The position numbers were made by a program, and so were the translations under genes. From contig WRGF01000207.1 of NCBI GenBank assembly GCA_009787345.1, positions 1 through 24,000 of the forward strand: a DNA stretch of 24,000 nt, written 5' to 3'. The DNA comes from Turicibacter sp. GTDB taxonomy: Bacteria; Bacillota_I; Bacilli_A; MOL361; Turicibacteraceae. Position 1 is the first letter of the stretch. Each line of letters opens with the position of its first letter. Shown piece after piece: positions 15,543-23,894 of the stretch. The notes under the pieces were generated by a model. It ran no database searches. It had not been told where the DNA came from and worked only from the letters and a program-made list of their open reading frames with translations.

Positions 15543-16484
15543 ATGGAACAGAATGTGAGAAGGGTCGTGTTGGTGGGAACGGGGCTCGTTGGTACGAGCT
15601 TTGCCTATTCTTTACTAAATCAGGGCGGCGTCAAGGAATTGGTGCTCATCAACCGGACGAGGGAAAAAGCGGTTGGGGAAGCCAGCGATTTAAGCCATGG
15701 GCTCCCTTTCTCACCCTACCGGATGAAAATCTGGGCGGGGGATTATTCAGATTGTCAAAGCGCCGACATCGTCCTCATTGCCGCCGGTTCGGGGCGGATG
15801 CCCGGCGGCGACCGGCTCAGCCTGCTTCAGAGAAACGCCGAAATGGTCAAAAACATCGTCAGGCAGGTGATGGACTCCGGGTTTGATGGCATCATCCTCA
15901 TGGCCAGCAACCCGGTCGACCTGCTCACCTACATCGCCTGGAAGGAGTCGGGGCTTCCTGCTTCACGGGTCATCGGCTCGGGGACCACCCTTGATACCGC
16001 CCGCTTCCGCTATGAAATCGGCAATTATCTGAACGTGGACCCCCGTGACATCAATGGCTACATCATTGGCGAGCACGGCGATTCCGAGTTTGCCGTTTGG
16101 AGCCATACGACCCTTGGGGTCACCCCAATCAGCGAGATCGTGGGCCGGCACCCTGAGTTTAAATTCAGTGATTTGGAGCAGATTTTCCAAAATGTCCGTC
16201 AGGCTGGTTATGAGATCATCAGCCAAAAAGGGGCGACCTACTACGGGATTGGCATGGCCCTGGCGAAGATTGTGCGGGCTATTTTAAACGACGAAAATAG
16301 CCTGCTGCCTGTCTCCGTTTATTTGAACGGACATTATGGGCACCACGATGTGTTCATCGGTTTTCCCGCTTTGCTCAATAAAAATGGCGTCCGCAAGGTG
16401 ATTGAAATGAACTTAAACGAAGAAGAACGGGCAAAGCTTGATGCTTCCGTCGGGGTGTTGAAATCGTACATAACAAAAATGTAA
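15543..16484 (+). CDS. L-lactate dehydrogenase / 2-hydroxyacid (malate) dehydrogenase family protein
   Basis: VGTGLVGTSFAYSL nucleotide-binding motif, ASNPVDLLTY, GSGTTLDTARFR, IIGEHGDSEFAVWSH catalytic motif, KGATYYGIGMALAKI; RBS GAGGTGA. Confidence 0.92.
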   Translation: MEQNVRRVVLVGTGLVGTSFAYSLLNQGGVKELVLINRTREKAVGEASDLSHGLPFSPYRMKIWAGDYSDCQSADIVLIAAGSGRMPGGDRLSLLQRNAEMVKNIVRQVMDSGFDGIILMASNPVDLLTYIAWKESGLPASRVIGSGTTLDTARFRYEIGNYLNVDPRDINGYIIGEHGDSEFAVWSHTTLGVTPISEIVGRHPEFKFSDLEQIFQNVRQAGYEIISQKGATYYGIGMALAKIVRAILNDENSLLPVSVYLNGHYGHHDVFIGFPALLNKNGVRKVIEMNLNEEERAKLDASVGVLKSYITKM

Positions 16485-16534
16485 AGACGGATGATCATCC
16501 CAAAATCACAGGGATTATCAGCCGTCTTTATTTT
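16483..16534. terminator. Terminator downstream of the LDH-like gene
   Basis: AAAGACGG..ATGAT.ATCCC...GGGAT.ATCA..CCGTCTTT ATTTT. Confidence 0.8.
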
Positions 16535-16581
16535 AAACCCACTCTACGCGGATGATTGTCCAGCAAAATATTGACAAAAAA

Positions 16582-17355
16582 TTACCCGATAATCTCCGCC
16601 AATGGGGAGATTTTTATTCCCGCCCCTTGGAGGCCTTCCCTGATCTTTTCAATAAAAACCAAGGCTTTCTCACCATCGCCATGAACGCAGATGGAATCTG
16701 CCTGGATGGCGATGTCCTCCCCATTGACAGCCTTGACTTTCCTTTCGCTGACCATCCGCACGACCCTTGCCACCGCTTCTTCTTCATCATGGATGAAAGC
16801 ACCGGCTTTGCTTCTTGCCACTAACGACCCATCGGGCTCATAACTCCGGTCGGCAAAAACTTCCTGGGCAGCTTTAAGCCCTAAATCCTTTGCCGCACGG
16901 ATCGTTTCGCTACCGGAAAGCCCCATGACAATCAGCGACGGGTCGAATTCTTGGATAGCCTCACAGATGGCTCGTGATAACTCATAATCCTTGGCTGCCA
17001 TATTATACAGCGCCCCGTGGGGCTTGACATGCTGCATTTTGATACCTTTGGCCCGGCAAAAGCCATCCAGGGCCCCCAGTTGGTAAAGTACAGTGGCTTT
17101 CGCCTCTTCAAAGGAAAGGGACATATTGCGCCTGCCAAACCCTTGCAGGTCAGGGAAAGATGGATGGGCACCTATCCCAATCCCCGCTGCTTCGATCAAG
17201 CCCACGGTTTGCAGCATCACCACAGGATCGGCTGCATGAAACCCGCAGGCCACGTTGGCAGAGGAAATCAAAGGCATGGCCTGGGCATCCATTCCCAGCT
17301 GATAGCGCCCAAAGCTTTCACCAAGGTCGCAATTCAAATCCACCTTATTCGACAT
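16582..17355 (-). CDS. pxpA: LamB/YcsF family protein, 5-oxoprolinase subunit A
   Basis: VDLNCDLGESFG, SSANVACGFHAADP, HVKPHGALYN, QEVFADRSYEPDGSLV. ATG 17355 with RBS GGAGG; start overlaps the accC end by 11 bp. Confidence 0.93.
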   Translation of the reverse strand: MSNKVDLNCDLGESFGRYQLGMDAQAMPLISSANVACGFHAADPVVMLQTVGLIEAAGIGIGAHPSFPDLQGFGRRNMSLSFEEAKATVLYQLGALDGFCRAKGIKMQHVKPHGALYNMAAKDYELSRAICEAIQEFDPSLIVMGLSGSETIRAAKDLGLKAAQEVFADRSYEPDGSLVARSKAGAFIHDEEEAVARVVRMVSERKVKAVNGEDIAIQADSICVHGDGEKALVFIEKIREGLQGAGIKISPLAEIIG

Positions 17356-18724
17356 CCTCACGCCTCCTTTCCAAATCAGAATCCATATTCAGCATTTTTT
17401 CCACAAAGCTGGTATCGGCTTTCCCAGCGACAAAGATGGGGTTGCGCATAATCTGGTATTGGAAATCCAAGTTGGTCTGAACGCCTAAAATCACCATTTC
17501 ATCCAAGGAAGTGCGCATCTTGCGGATAGCCTCCTTGCGGGTCGGTGCATGGACGAGGACCTTTGCCACCATGGAGTCGTATTCTGAAGGTATTTTATAA
17601 CCCGAATATAGCCCTGAATCAATTCGGATCCCGTTGCCCCCTGGAAAATGGACTTTTTCTACCAAACCTGGGCTTGGCATAAAATTTTTCTCCGGGATTT
17701 CTGCATTGATCCGGCACTCGATGCAATGCCCAACCATTTTAATGTCTTCTTGGTTGAAACTCAAAGGCCAGCCCATGGCGATGCGGATTTGTTCGATGAC
17801 CAAATCCGTCCCCGTCACCATTTCCGTCACGCCATGCTCCACTTGGATGCGGGTATTCATCTCCATGAAGTAGTAGTTCCCTTCCTGGTCCACGATGTAT
17901 TCGATCGTCCCGGCATTGGTATAACCCACGGCTTTGGCTGCCATTACTGAATCTGCGCTCATTTTTTGGCGCGTTTCCTCGGTAATGGCAGGGGACGGGG
18001 CTTCTTCAATCAGCTTTTGGTGGTTTCGCTGCACGGAGCAGTCCCGCTCCCCTAAAGAAACCACATTGCCATGATGATCCGCAATAATCTGGATCTCCAC
18101 ATGCTTGGGTTTTTCGATGAAGCGCTCGATATACATCGTATCGTCACCGAAGGCATTGGCGGATTCCGTCTGTGCCAAATTGAACTGCCCCTTGAAATCT
18201 GCTTCTTTCTTGGCAATCCGCATCCCTTTACCGCCTCCGCCGCTAGAGGCTTTGATAATGACGGGAAATCCGATTTTCTTGGCTTCCTTTAATGCCGCTT
18301 CTACAGCAAAGACCGGCTCTTTTGTTCCTGGGACAACGGGAACCCCTGCTGCCATCATCGTCTTCCTGGCTTCGGATTTATTTCCCATTTTATGGATGAC
18401 CTCAGGGGATGGCCCGATAAAAGCAATCCCATGCTCTTTGCATAAAGCAGCAAATTCCTCTTTTTCAGACAAGAACCCAAATCCGGGATGGATGGCATCA
18501 GCCCCCATGTTAAGGGCTGCCATAATTATCTGGGACTGGTTCAGATAGTTTTTGGTAATGGGCCCTTCTCCAATGCAAATCCTTTGGTCGGCCAGTTGGA
18601 CATGAAGGCTGTCTGCGTCTTCCTTGGCATAAATAGCTACGCTGCGGATCCCTAAATTGCGGCAAGCCCTGATGATCCTCACAGCAATTTCACCGCGGTT
18701 GGCGATTAAAATTTTTCGAAACAC
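17345..18724 (-). CDS. accC: Biotin carboxylase (AccC-like)
   Basis: FRKILIANRGEIAVRIIRACRNLG, GGGGKGMRI, ERDCSVQRNHQKLIEEAPSP, FMEMNTRIQVEHGVTEMV. GTG start at 18724 after AGGGGTG; the track ORF extends to 18823. Confidence 0.93.
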   Translation of the reverse strand: MFRKILIANRGEIAVRIIRACRNLGIRSVAIYAKEDADSLHVQLADQRICIGEGPITKNYLNQSQIIMAALNMGADAIHPGFGFLSEKEEFAALCKEHGIAFIGPSPEVIHKMGNKSEARKTMMAAGVPVVPGTKEPVFAVEAALKEAKKIGFPVIIKASSGGGGKGMRIAKKEADFKGQFNLAQTESANAFGDDTMYIERFIEKPKHVEIQIIADHHGNVVSLGERDCSVQRNHQKLIEEAPSPAITEETRQKMSADSVMAAKAVGYTNAGTIEYIVDQEGNYYFMEMNTRIQVEHGVTEMVTGTDLVIEQIRIAMGWPLSFNQEDIKMVGHCIECRINAEIPEKNFMPSPGLVEKVHFPGGNGIRIDSGLYSGYKIPSEYDSMVAKVLVHAPTRKEAIRKMRTSLDEMVILGVQTNLDFQYQIMRNPIFVAGKADTSFVEKMLNMDSDLERRREDVE

Positions 18725-18735
18725 AGGCTTCACCC

Positions 18736-19176
18736 CTAATCTATAATTGGCGTTACGCGAAACAAGGGTTGCCCGTATTCCACTTTTTGCTCGTTGCTGA
18801 CAAGGACCGCCTCGATCTTGCAATCAAAATCGCTTTCGATTTCGTTCAACAGTTTCATGGCTTCCAAAATACATACCTTCTGCCCAGCTTTTACCGTATC
18901 TCCAACGGTGACAAAAGGCTTTTCCTCTGGGGATGATGCCGAATAGAAAATCCCCACAATAGGGGAAATAATGTACATTTCCTCTTCTTCTGCTTCCAGT
19001 TCCTGGCTTTGGCTAACGGAAACTTTTACCGGTGGTTCTGCCCCTGCTGTCACAAAAGTCTCTGCGTTGGGCCGGCGGCTCATTTCGATTTTAACACCGC
19101 CCTCCTTGATGCAAAAATCCAGCATGGAAGAATTTTCTACGATTTTTACCAACTGCTCAATTTTATCTAAATCCAT
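18736..19176 (-). CDS. accB: Biotin carboxyl carrier protein (AccB-like)
   Basis: ISPIVGIFYSASSPEEKPFVTVGDTVKAGQKVCILEAMKLLNEIESDFDCKI; biotinyl-Lys motif EAMKL. Start at MDLDKIEQL. Confidence 0.93.
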   Translation of the reverse strand: MDLDKIEQLVKIVENSSMLDFCIKEGGVKIEMSRRPNAETFVTAGAEPPVKVSVSQSQELEAEEEEMYIISPIVGIFYSASSPEEKPFVTVGDTVKAGQKVCILEAMKLLNEIESDFDCKIEAVLVSNEQKVEYGQPLFRVTPIID

Positions 19177-19194
19177 TTGACCTGCTCCCTTCAT

Positions 19195-20199
19195 TTATCT
19201 CATCATCCTTTCCAAGCGCTTCGCCGTCAACCGGCAGTCCAGGACTTCACGGCATGGGTGATGGATCTGCCTTCTGTATTGATCCATTTCTTTGACTTCC
19301 TCACGCAAAAGTAGTTGGGCTTCTTCCACTGTGACTTCTTTGAACCGGACCTTATCCCCGGTTTTGCACTGCACCAATTTAGGCAAGTCCGCAGATATCA
19401 CCGTAGCGATTTTACCGTAACCGCCAGTTGTCTGCCGGTCGGCCAATAAGATAATCGGTTTTCCGTGGCTAGGGACTTGGATGGAGCCAAAAGCAATCCC
19501 ATCGGAAATAATATCACTGGTCGTTTTTGCGGCAATATAAGGGCCATCGAGGCGGCAGCCCATCCGGTCAAAATCACTGGTTACCGTATAGCTGCTTTTA
19601 TAAAATGTCTTCTTGCCCGCTGCTGTAAACAATTGGTCCTGAGGCCCTGGAACCACCCGAAGTTGGATTTCCTGCTCCTTGAATTCGTTGATTTGAAGCT
19701 TCCTTGAAAGGAAAAAGGGGATGTAGCGGCGCTTGACCCTAAAATATAGGTAATCATCTTTTTGCAGCTTGCGGCCATTAAAGCCCCCGACCCCGCTTTT
19801 TAAATTGGTGCTTCTGCTTCCCATGACCATTGGGATATCCAAATAGCTTGAAAAGGCTATATAGCCACGGGAGCCGGTTGCCGAACTGCCCAACTCCAAA
19901 ACATCCCCTTTGTTCACATAAATGGCTTGGTACATCGTAACCGGGGCTTCATTGATTTTGGGGCTGAAATCACCGCCAGTAATAGCAATAATCGTATCGG
20001 ACGTAAATTCCAGGGTGGGGCCGATGAGGGTAAATTCCAAAACTGCTTCATTTTCCGGATTATCCAGCAACAGGTTGGCTAATTTGAATGACCTGACATC
20101 CATCACCCCGGAAACGCCAAACCCCTGGCTTTGGAAACCGGTCCGCCCTAAATCCTGGACAGTGGTCAGCAAACCCGCTTTAATTACGCGAATCCCCAT
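19195..20199 (-). CDS. pxpC: 5-oxoprolinase subunit C / biotin-dependent carboxyltransferase (KipA, AHS2) family
   Basis: GIRVIKAGLLTTVQDLGRTGFQSQGFGVSGVMD, GGDFSPKIN, SHGKPIILLADRQTTGGYGKIATVI; RBS AGAGGTG, ATG at 20199. Confidence 0.93.
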   Translation of the reverse strand: MGIRVIKAGLLTTVQDLGRTGFQSQGFGVSGVMDVRSFKLANLLLDNPENEAVLEFTLIGPTLEFTSDTIIAITGGDFSPKINEAPVTMYQAIYVNKGDVLELGSSATGSRGYIAFSSYLDIPMVMGSRSTNLKSGVGGFNGRKLQKDDYLYFRVKRRYIPFFLSRKLQINEFKEQEIQLRVVPGPQDQLFTAAGKKTFYKSSYTVTSDFDRMGCRLDGPYIAAKTTSDIISDGIAFGSIQVPSHGKPIILLADRQTTGGYGKIATVISADLPKLVQCKTGDKVRFKEVTVEEAQLLLREEVKEMDQYRRQIHHPCREVLDCRLTAKRLERMMR

Positions 20200-20200
20200 T

Positions 20201-20920
20201 TTACACCTCTTTTCTGCGGACCTGGCATTTATACCCCGCATCATTTTCTATTTTATCGAACATTTCCTTGGTTATTGGGACAAACTTGATATAGTCGCCG
20301 GCTTCAAATAAAATGGGCGGCTTTCGCAAAGCCTCATAGGTTTTCACCGGGGTCCGGCCAAGTAGCTGCCAGCCACCAGGCGACTCCAATGGGTAAATCC
20401 CCGTCTGGGCGCCGCCAATGCCGACGCTCCCCTGAGGGATCTTCAACCGGGGATCTTCAAGCCGTGGGACATGGATGCGCTCATCAAGCCCCCCTAAATA
20501 CGGGAACCCCGGCATAAAGCCAAGCATATAAATCAAGTATTCCGGCTCGCTGTGAATCTTGATGACCTCCTCAGCGCTAAGCCCGGAAAGCTTCGCAATG
20601 TTTTCCAGGTCAGGACCGCATTCCCCGTCATAACAGACAGGGATTTCAAATACCCGCCCCATAGCCCCAGCAGCTTGTGACGCAGTTTTAGAAAGTTCTT
20701 TCATTTTTTTGACGAGGGTAGCATAAGTTACCAGGCGCGGGTCATAGTTAATCAGTAACGAGCAAAATGCCGGGACCTGGTCGATGATGCCCGCTGTGGG
20801 CATGCTTTTCAAAGCCTTGGAAAATGCGGTAATCTTAGCATTGGTTTCTTCTGAAATATCATGCCCGAACTCCAATAAAACCGATGAATCCCCTACGGGG
20901 GAAAATTGAATGTCTGCCAT
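20201..20920 (-). CDS. pxpB: 5-oxoprolinase subunit B (KipI, AHS1) family
   Basis: FSPVGDSSVLLEFG, YMLGFMPGFPYLGGLDERIHVPRLEDPRLKIPQGSVGIGGAQTGIYPLESPGGWQLLGRTP. Confidence 0.94.
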   Translation of the reverse strand: MADIQFSPVGDSSVLLEFGHDISEETNAKITAFSKALKSMPTAGIIDQVPAFCSLLINYDPRLVTYATLVKKMKELSKTASQAAGAMGRVFEIPVCYDGECGPDLENIAKLSGLSAEEVIKIHSEPEYLIYMLGFMPGFPYLGGLDERIHVPRLEDPRLKIPQGSVGIGGAQTGIYPLESPGGWQLLGRTPVKTYEALRKPPILFEAGDYIKFVPITKEMFDKIENDAGYKCQVRRKEV

Positions 20921-20922
20921 AG

Positions 20923-22128
20923 CTACCTCCTAATCAAATTCATTAAGCCGCCCAATGAGGTCACTCCCATATAAGCTGCGCCCACAGCCACTAAAATCCC
21001 CAAAACAAAGAGCACTGGCGGGTGGCGGTAATCGGCACCCATGATTTTTTTGTTTTGGGAGGCAATCAGGCAAACCCCTAGGGTAATCGGCAAAATCAAC
21101 CCATTGAGGGCACCCGCCAACACTAATAGCGTTGCGGGGCGGCCAATCGCTGCCATAATAACAGTGGATAAGGCGATGAAACCAATAATAAACCATTTTT
21201 CATAGCGTGCGACAAACCCGTTCAAAGTTTTAAGAAAGGAAACGGAAGTATAAGCTGCACCGATAATGGATGTCAGGGCTGCGGAAAATAGTACTAGCCC
21301 AAAGAAACGGTAACCGATTTGCCCTGCTGCTTGGGAAAATGCATCTGCTGCCGGGTTATCAGGGTTAAGCCCTGTGACAGACGTTAGGACCACCCCAAGG
21401 ACAGCCAAGAACAAAAAGGCACGGACAACAGTCGCCACAATAATCCCCATCACAGAACTTCGCCTGATTTGGGTAAGCTGTGACCAGCCGGTGATTTTGG
21501 CATCAATCAACCGGTGGGCACCTGAGAAGGTAATATAGCCCCCTACAGTTCCCCCAAGCAAAGTCAGGATCGGGAAAAATAAATCCGGAAGGTCATTGGA
21601 AGGCGCTACTGCTTCCCTTAAGGCATAGCCCATTGGCGGGCGGACCATAAAAATAACAACCAGCATCACGACGATCATCAAGCTCCCCAATGCCTTGGTC
21701 ACATTGTCCATAGCCTTCATGGCATCTTTCACTAAAAAGATAGCGATGGCCACAATCCCTGCCACGAAGAAACCAATGCCTTCCGGTACCCCAAGCATGC
21801 TATTAAGCCCCAGGGCACCGCCGCCCACATTTCCAATATTGAACGCAATCCCGCCCAAGATAATCAAAAAGGCGACAAAATGCCCAAGCCCTGGCAATAT
21901 TTTATTGGCGACATCTTGCCCCCTAAGCCCCGAAACGCAAAGGACCCGCCAAATATTGAGCTGAACAATACAAGCCAAAATGCTGGCGACTAAAATAACA
22001 AACCCAAAACTTCCTTGAAGAGTCCCCGTAAAAACTGCCGTTTGGGTCAAAAAACCTGGTCCTACTGCCGAAGCCGCCATAATAAAGGCCGCACTAAGAA
22101 GGGTTCCCCCCATTTTTTTCTTGGTCAT
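20923..22128 (-). CDS. NRAMP-family transporter (YcsG-like)
   Basis: AASAVGPGFLTQTAVFTGTLQGSFGFVILVASILACIVQLNIWRVLCVSG; ATG 22128 with RBS AAAGGAG; first gene of the pxp cluster. Confidence 0.85.
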   Translation of the reverse strand: MTKKKMGGTLLSAAFIMAASAVGPGFLTQTAVFTGTLQGSFGFVILVASILACIVQLNIWRVLCVSGLRGQDVANKILPGLGHFVAFLIILGGIAFNIGNVGGGALGLNSMLGVPEGIGFFVAGIVAIAIFLVKDAMKAMDNVTKALGSLMIVVMLVVIFMVRPPMGYALREAVAPSNDLPDLFFPILTLLGGTVGGYITFSGAHRLIDAKITGWSQLTQIRRSSVMGIIVATVVRAFLFLAVLGVVLTSVTGLNPDNPAADAFSQAAGQIGYRFFGLVLFSAALTSIIGAAYTSVSFLKTLNGFVARYEKWFIIGFIALSTVIMAAIGRPATLLVLAGALNGLILPITLGVCLIASQNKKIMGADYRHPPVLFVLGILVAVGAAYMGVTSLGGLMNLIRR

Positions 22129-22164
22129 ACTAATTTCTCCTTTCAAATTTCACTGGGCCTTGCG

Positions 22165-22185
22165 AAGGCTTTACAATAAAGCCTT
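22165..22185. promoter_or_regulatory. Perfect 9-bp inverted repeat in the pxp cluster leader
   Basis: AAGGCTTTA caa TAAAGCCTT, between the GH10 terminator and the NRAMP start. Confidence 0.6.
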
Positions 22186-22297
22186 TGGGTTAGCATTATC
22201 CTGCAAGAATTTCGCCACTATTCAATAGTTTCTCCAATCGTACCAATTTCTTCCACAAAAAGCAAGGAATTAACCCTTTTTTATCCAAATTCAAAAG

Positions 22298-22327
22298 GGG
22301 CTGCGGCAAACGGCCACACCCCCCAAA
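22298..22327 (-). terminator. Terminator downstream of the GH10 gene
   Basis: Minus strand GGGGgTGTGG ccgtttg CCGCAgCCCC TTTTT. Confidence 0.75.
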
Positions 22328-22331
22328 TCCA

Positions 22332-23831
22332 TTAACCTAAAATAATTTCACCAAAGTTGGCAGTTGTTTTGTAAGAATCCCCGCTGGCATCGTTCCATTT
22401 GGCGACGCTTTGGGTGAAGCCGTCAGGGTCGCAGTCTTTGACTTGAAGCTCCAGTCCGATGACTTGCCCTTTTTCCACTTGGGACAATGGGATTTCCAGT
22501 TGGACTTCATAGCCCGAACCGGTCATTTGGGTGCTAGTTTTCAAGCCATCTAAGGATTGGCCATGGAACTCAACAATGTTTTCGCTGGTTACCGTGAAGT
22601 GGAAATCATCTGCACCATAAGTTTCCGATTTGTTGCCCAGCAAATCCAGGTACACCGTCACGTAGTCGTTAGCGTGGACCTGATTGGCATGGACATCCAC
22701 TTTAAGGGTGAGTGCCCCATCATTGTATTTTGCCATGGCAGTAGCAGTCGCCCCTTCCCATGCCGTGGTCTGCAAGCTGGCTTCGAACGCCTCGCCCCAC
22801 GCATTGAACCCGGCAACCGCTTGTTTAGGCCCTGTGGGAGCCGCAGGCGGGTATTTCGCCAGGAACCCTTCCGGGTCCATCACCGCTTCAAAGGAATGTT
22901 TTGGCGATAAGTCGTGGTTCCATAAGTTAGGGAAGCGGTCGCCCCGCCAGCTGGAAGCGTCGTCAAACCCCCAAAAGGTCACCCGTTCGATGAGCCTCGA
23001 ATGGGATTTAAATAATTGGAAAAACCCAGCATATTTCTGCGCCTGGAGGATGCTTTGTTCCTCGGTCAGTTCCTCGTTTTTTTCCGAGCCCGTCACCGTA
23101 ATATCGAGCTCCGTAAAACTCAGTTTGATACCTGGGATTTTGGAGAACAACTGGATGCTATTTTCCACCGTCGAAAGTGGTGTGTTGGTGTGGTAATGCC
23201 CTTGCATCCCGATACCATGGATGGGGACGCCCGCCTCCCGAAGCTCCTTGACCATGTAATATGTGGCCTCGGCCTTGTTGCTGTAATTCAAGTTGTAATC
23301 GTTATAATAAAGGACCGCTTCTTGGTCGATTTCGTGGGCCAGTTCGAAGGCAATTTTGATGTAATCGTCCCCAATCAGCCGAAGCCACTTGGACTCCCGC
23401 AGATGCTCCCGCCAGTTGGAGGTGTCCGTGCGGATGTCATCCTTGATGGCCTCGTTGACCACATCCCAAGCCGCAATCTGCCCCTTATAACGCCCCATGA
23501 CCGTTTCCATGTGCTTTTTCATGAAAGCGATGGCCTCTTCACGTGTGCTGGCATGGTCCTCCAGCCACTTCAACGACTGCTGATGCCAAACTAATGTATG
23601 TCCCGCAACTTCCAAATGTTTGGCCTTGGCAAATTCAAACATCCCGTCCGCCAAATCGAACAGGTACTCCTCTTTTTTCGGCTGCATCAGGGCCGGCTTC
23701 ATAATGTTCTCCGGGGTGATGATGTCAAAATGCCTCGCAATGGCCTCCCCCTTCTTCGTGCCCGGGTCCTTCGGCGTGTAGATGTTCCCCATCTTGAAAT
23801 AATCTTGATATGCGTCTTTTAACAATCCCAT
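22332..23831 (-). CDS. GH10 endo-1,4-beta-xylanase with C-terminal CBM9-like domain, no signal peptide
   Basis: AGHTLVWHQQ, AAWDVVNEAI (acid/base Glu), FTELDITV (nucleophile Glu), VTFWGFDDASSWR; C-terminal DYVTVYLDLLGNKSETYGADDFHFTV...IPLSQVEKGQVIGLELQVKDCD. Confidence 0.92.
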   Translation of the reverse strand: MGLLKDAYQDYFKMGNIYTPKDPGTKKGEAIARHFDIITPENIMKPALMQPKKEEYLFDLADGMFEFAKAKHLEVAGHTLVWHQQSLKWLEDHASTREEAIAFMKKHMETVMGRYKGQIAAWDVVNEAIKDDIRTDTSNWREHLRESKWLRLIGDDYIKIAFELAHEIDQEAVLYYNDYNLNYSNKAEATYYMVKELREAGVPIHGIGMQGHYHTNTPLSTVENSIQLFSKIPGIKLSFTELDITVTGSEKNEELTEEQSILQAQKYAGFFQLFKSHSRLIERVTFWGFDDASSWRGDRFPNLWNHDLSPKHSFEAVMDPEGFLAKYPPAAPTGPKQAVAGFNAWGEAFEASLQTTAWEGATATAMAKYNDGALTLKVDVHANQVHANDYVTVYLDLLGNKSETYGADDFHFTVTSENIVEFHGQSLDGLKTSTQMTGSGYEVQLEIPLSQVEKGQVIGLELQVKDCDPDGFTQSVAKWNDASGDSYKTTANFGEIILG

Positions 23832-23866
23832 GCTCTCTCTCCTAACTTCTTTGTAATAGGTTAATT

Positions 23867-23894
23867 ATAGCATAGTGGGAGCGTTTTTCAATGG
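23867..23894 (-). promoter_or_regulatory. Promoter TTGAAA-16-TATAAT for the GH10 gene
   Basis: Minus strand TTGAAAAACGCTCCCACTATGCTATAAT; the -35 overlaps the stop codon region of the upstream partial CDS. Confidence 0.7.

Noticed and set aside
15539-15886. 115-aa plus-strand ORF
   Set aside because: Out-of-frame shadow of the LDH-family gene.
17634-18548. Plus-strand ORFs 17634..17873, 17648..17950 and 18105..18548
   Set aside because: Shadow frames of the biotin carboxylase gene.
23016-23594. 192-aa plus-strand ORF, with 22557..22910 and 22684..23196
   Set aside because: Antisense to the GH10 coding sequence, whose catalytic motifs are intact.
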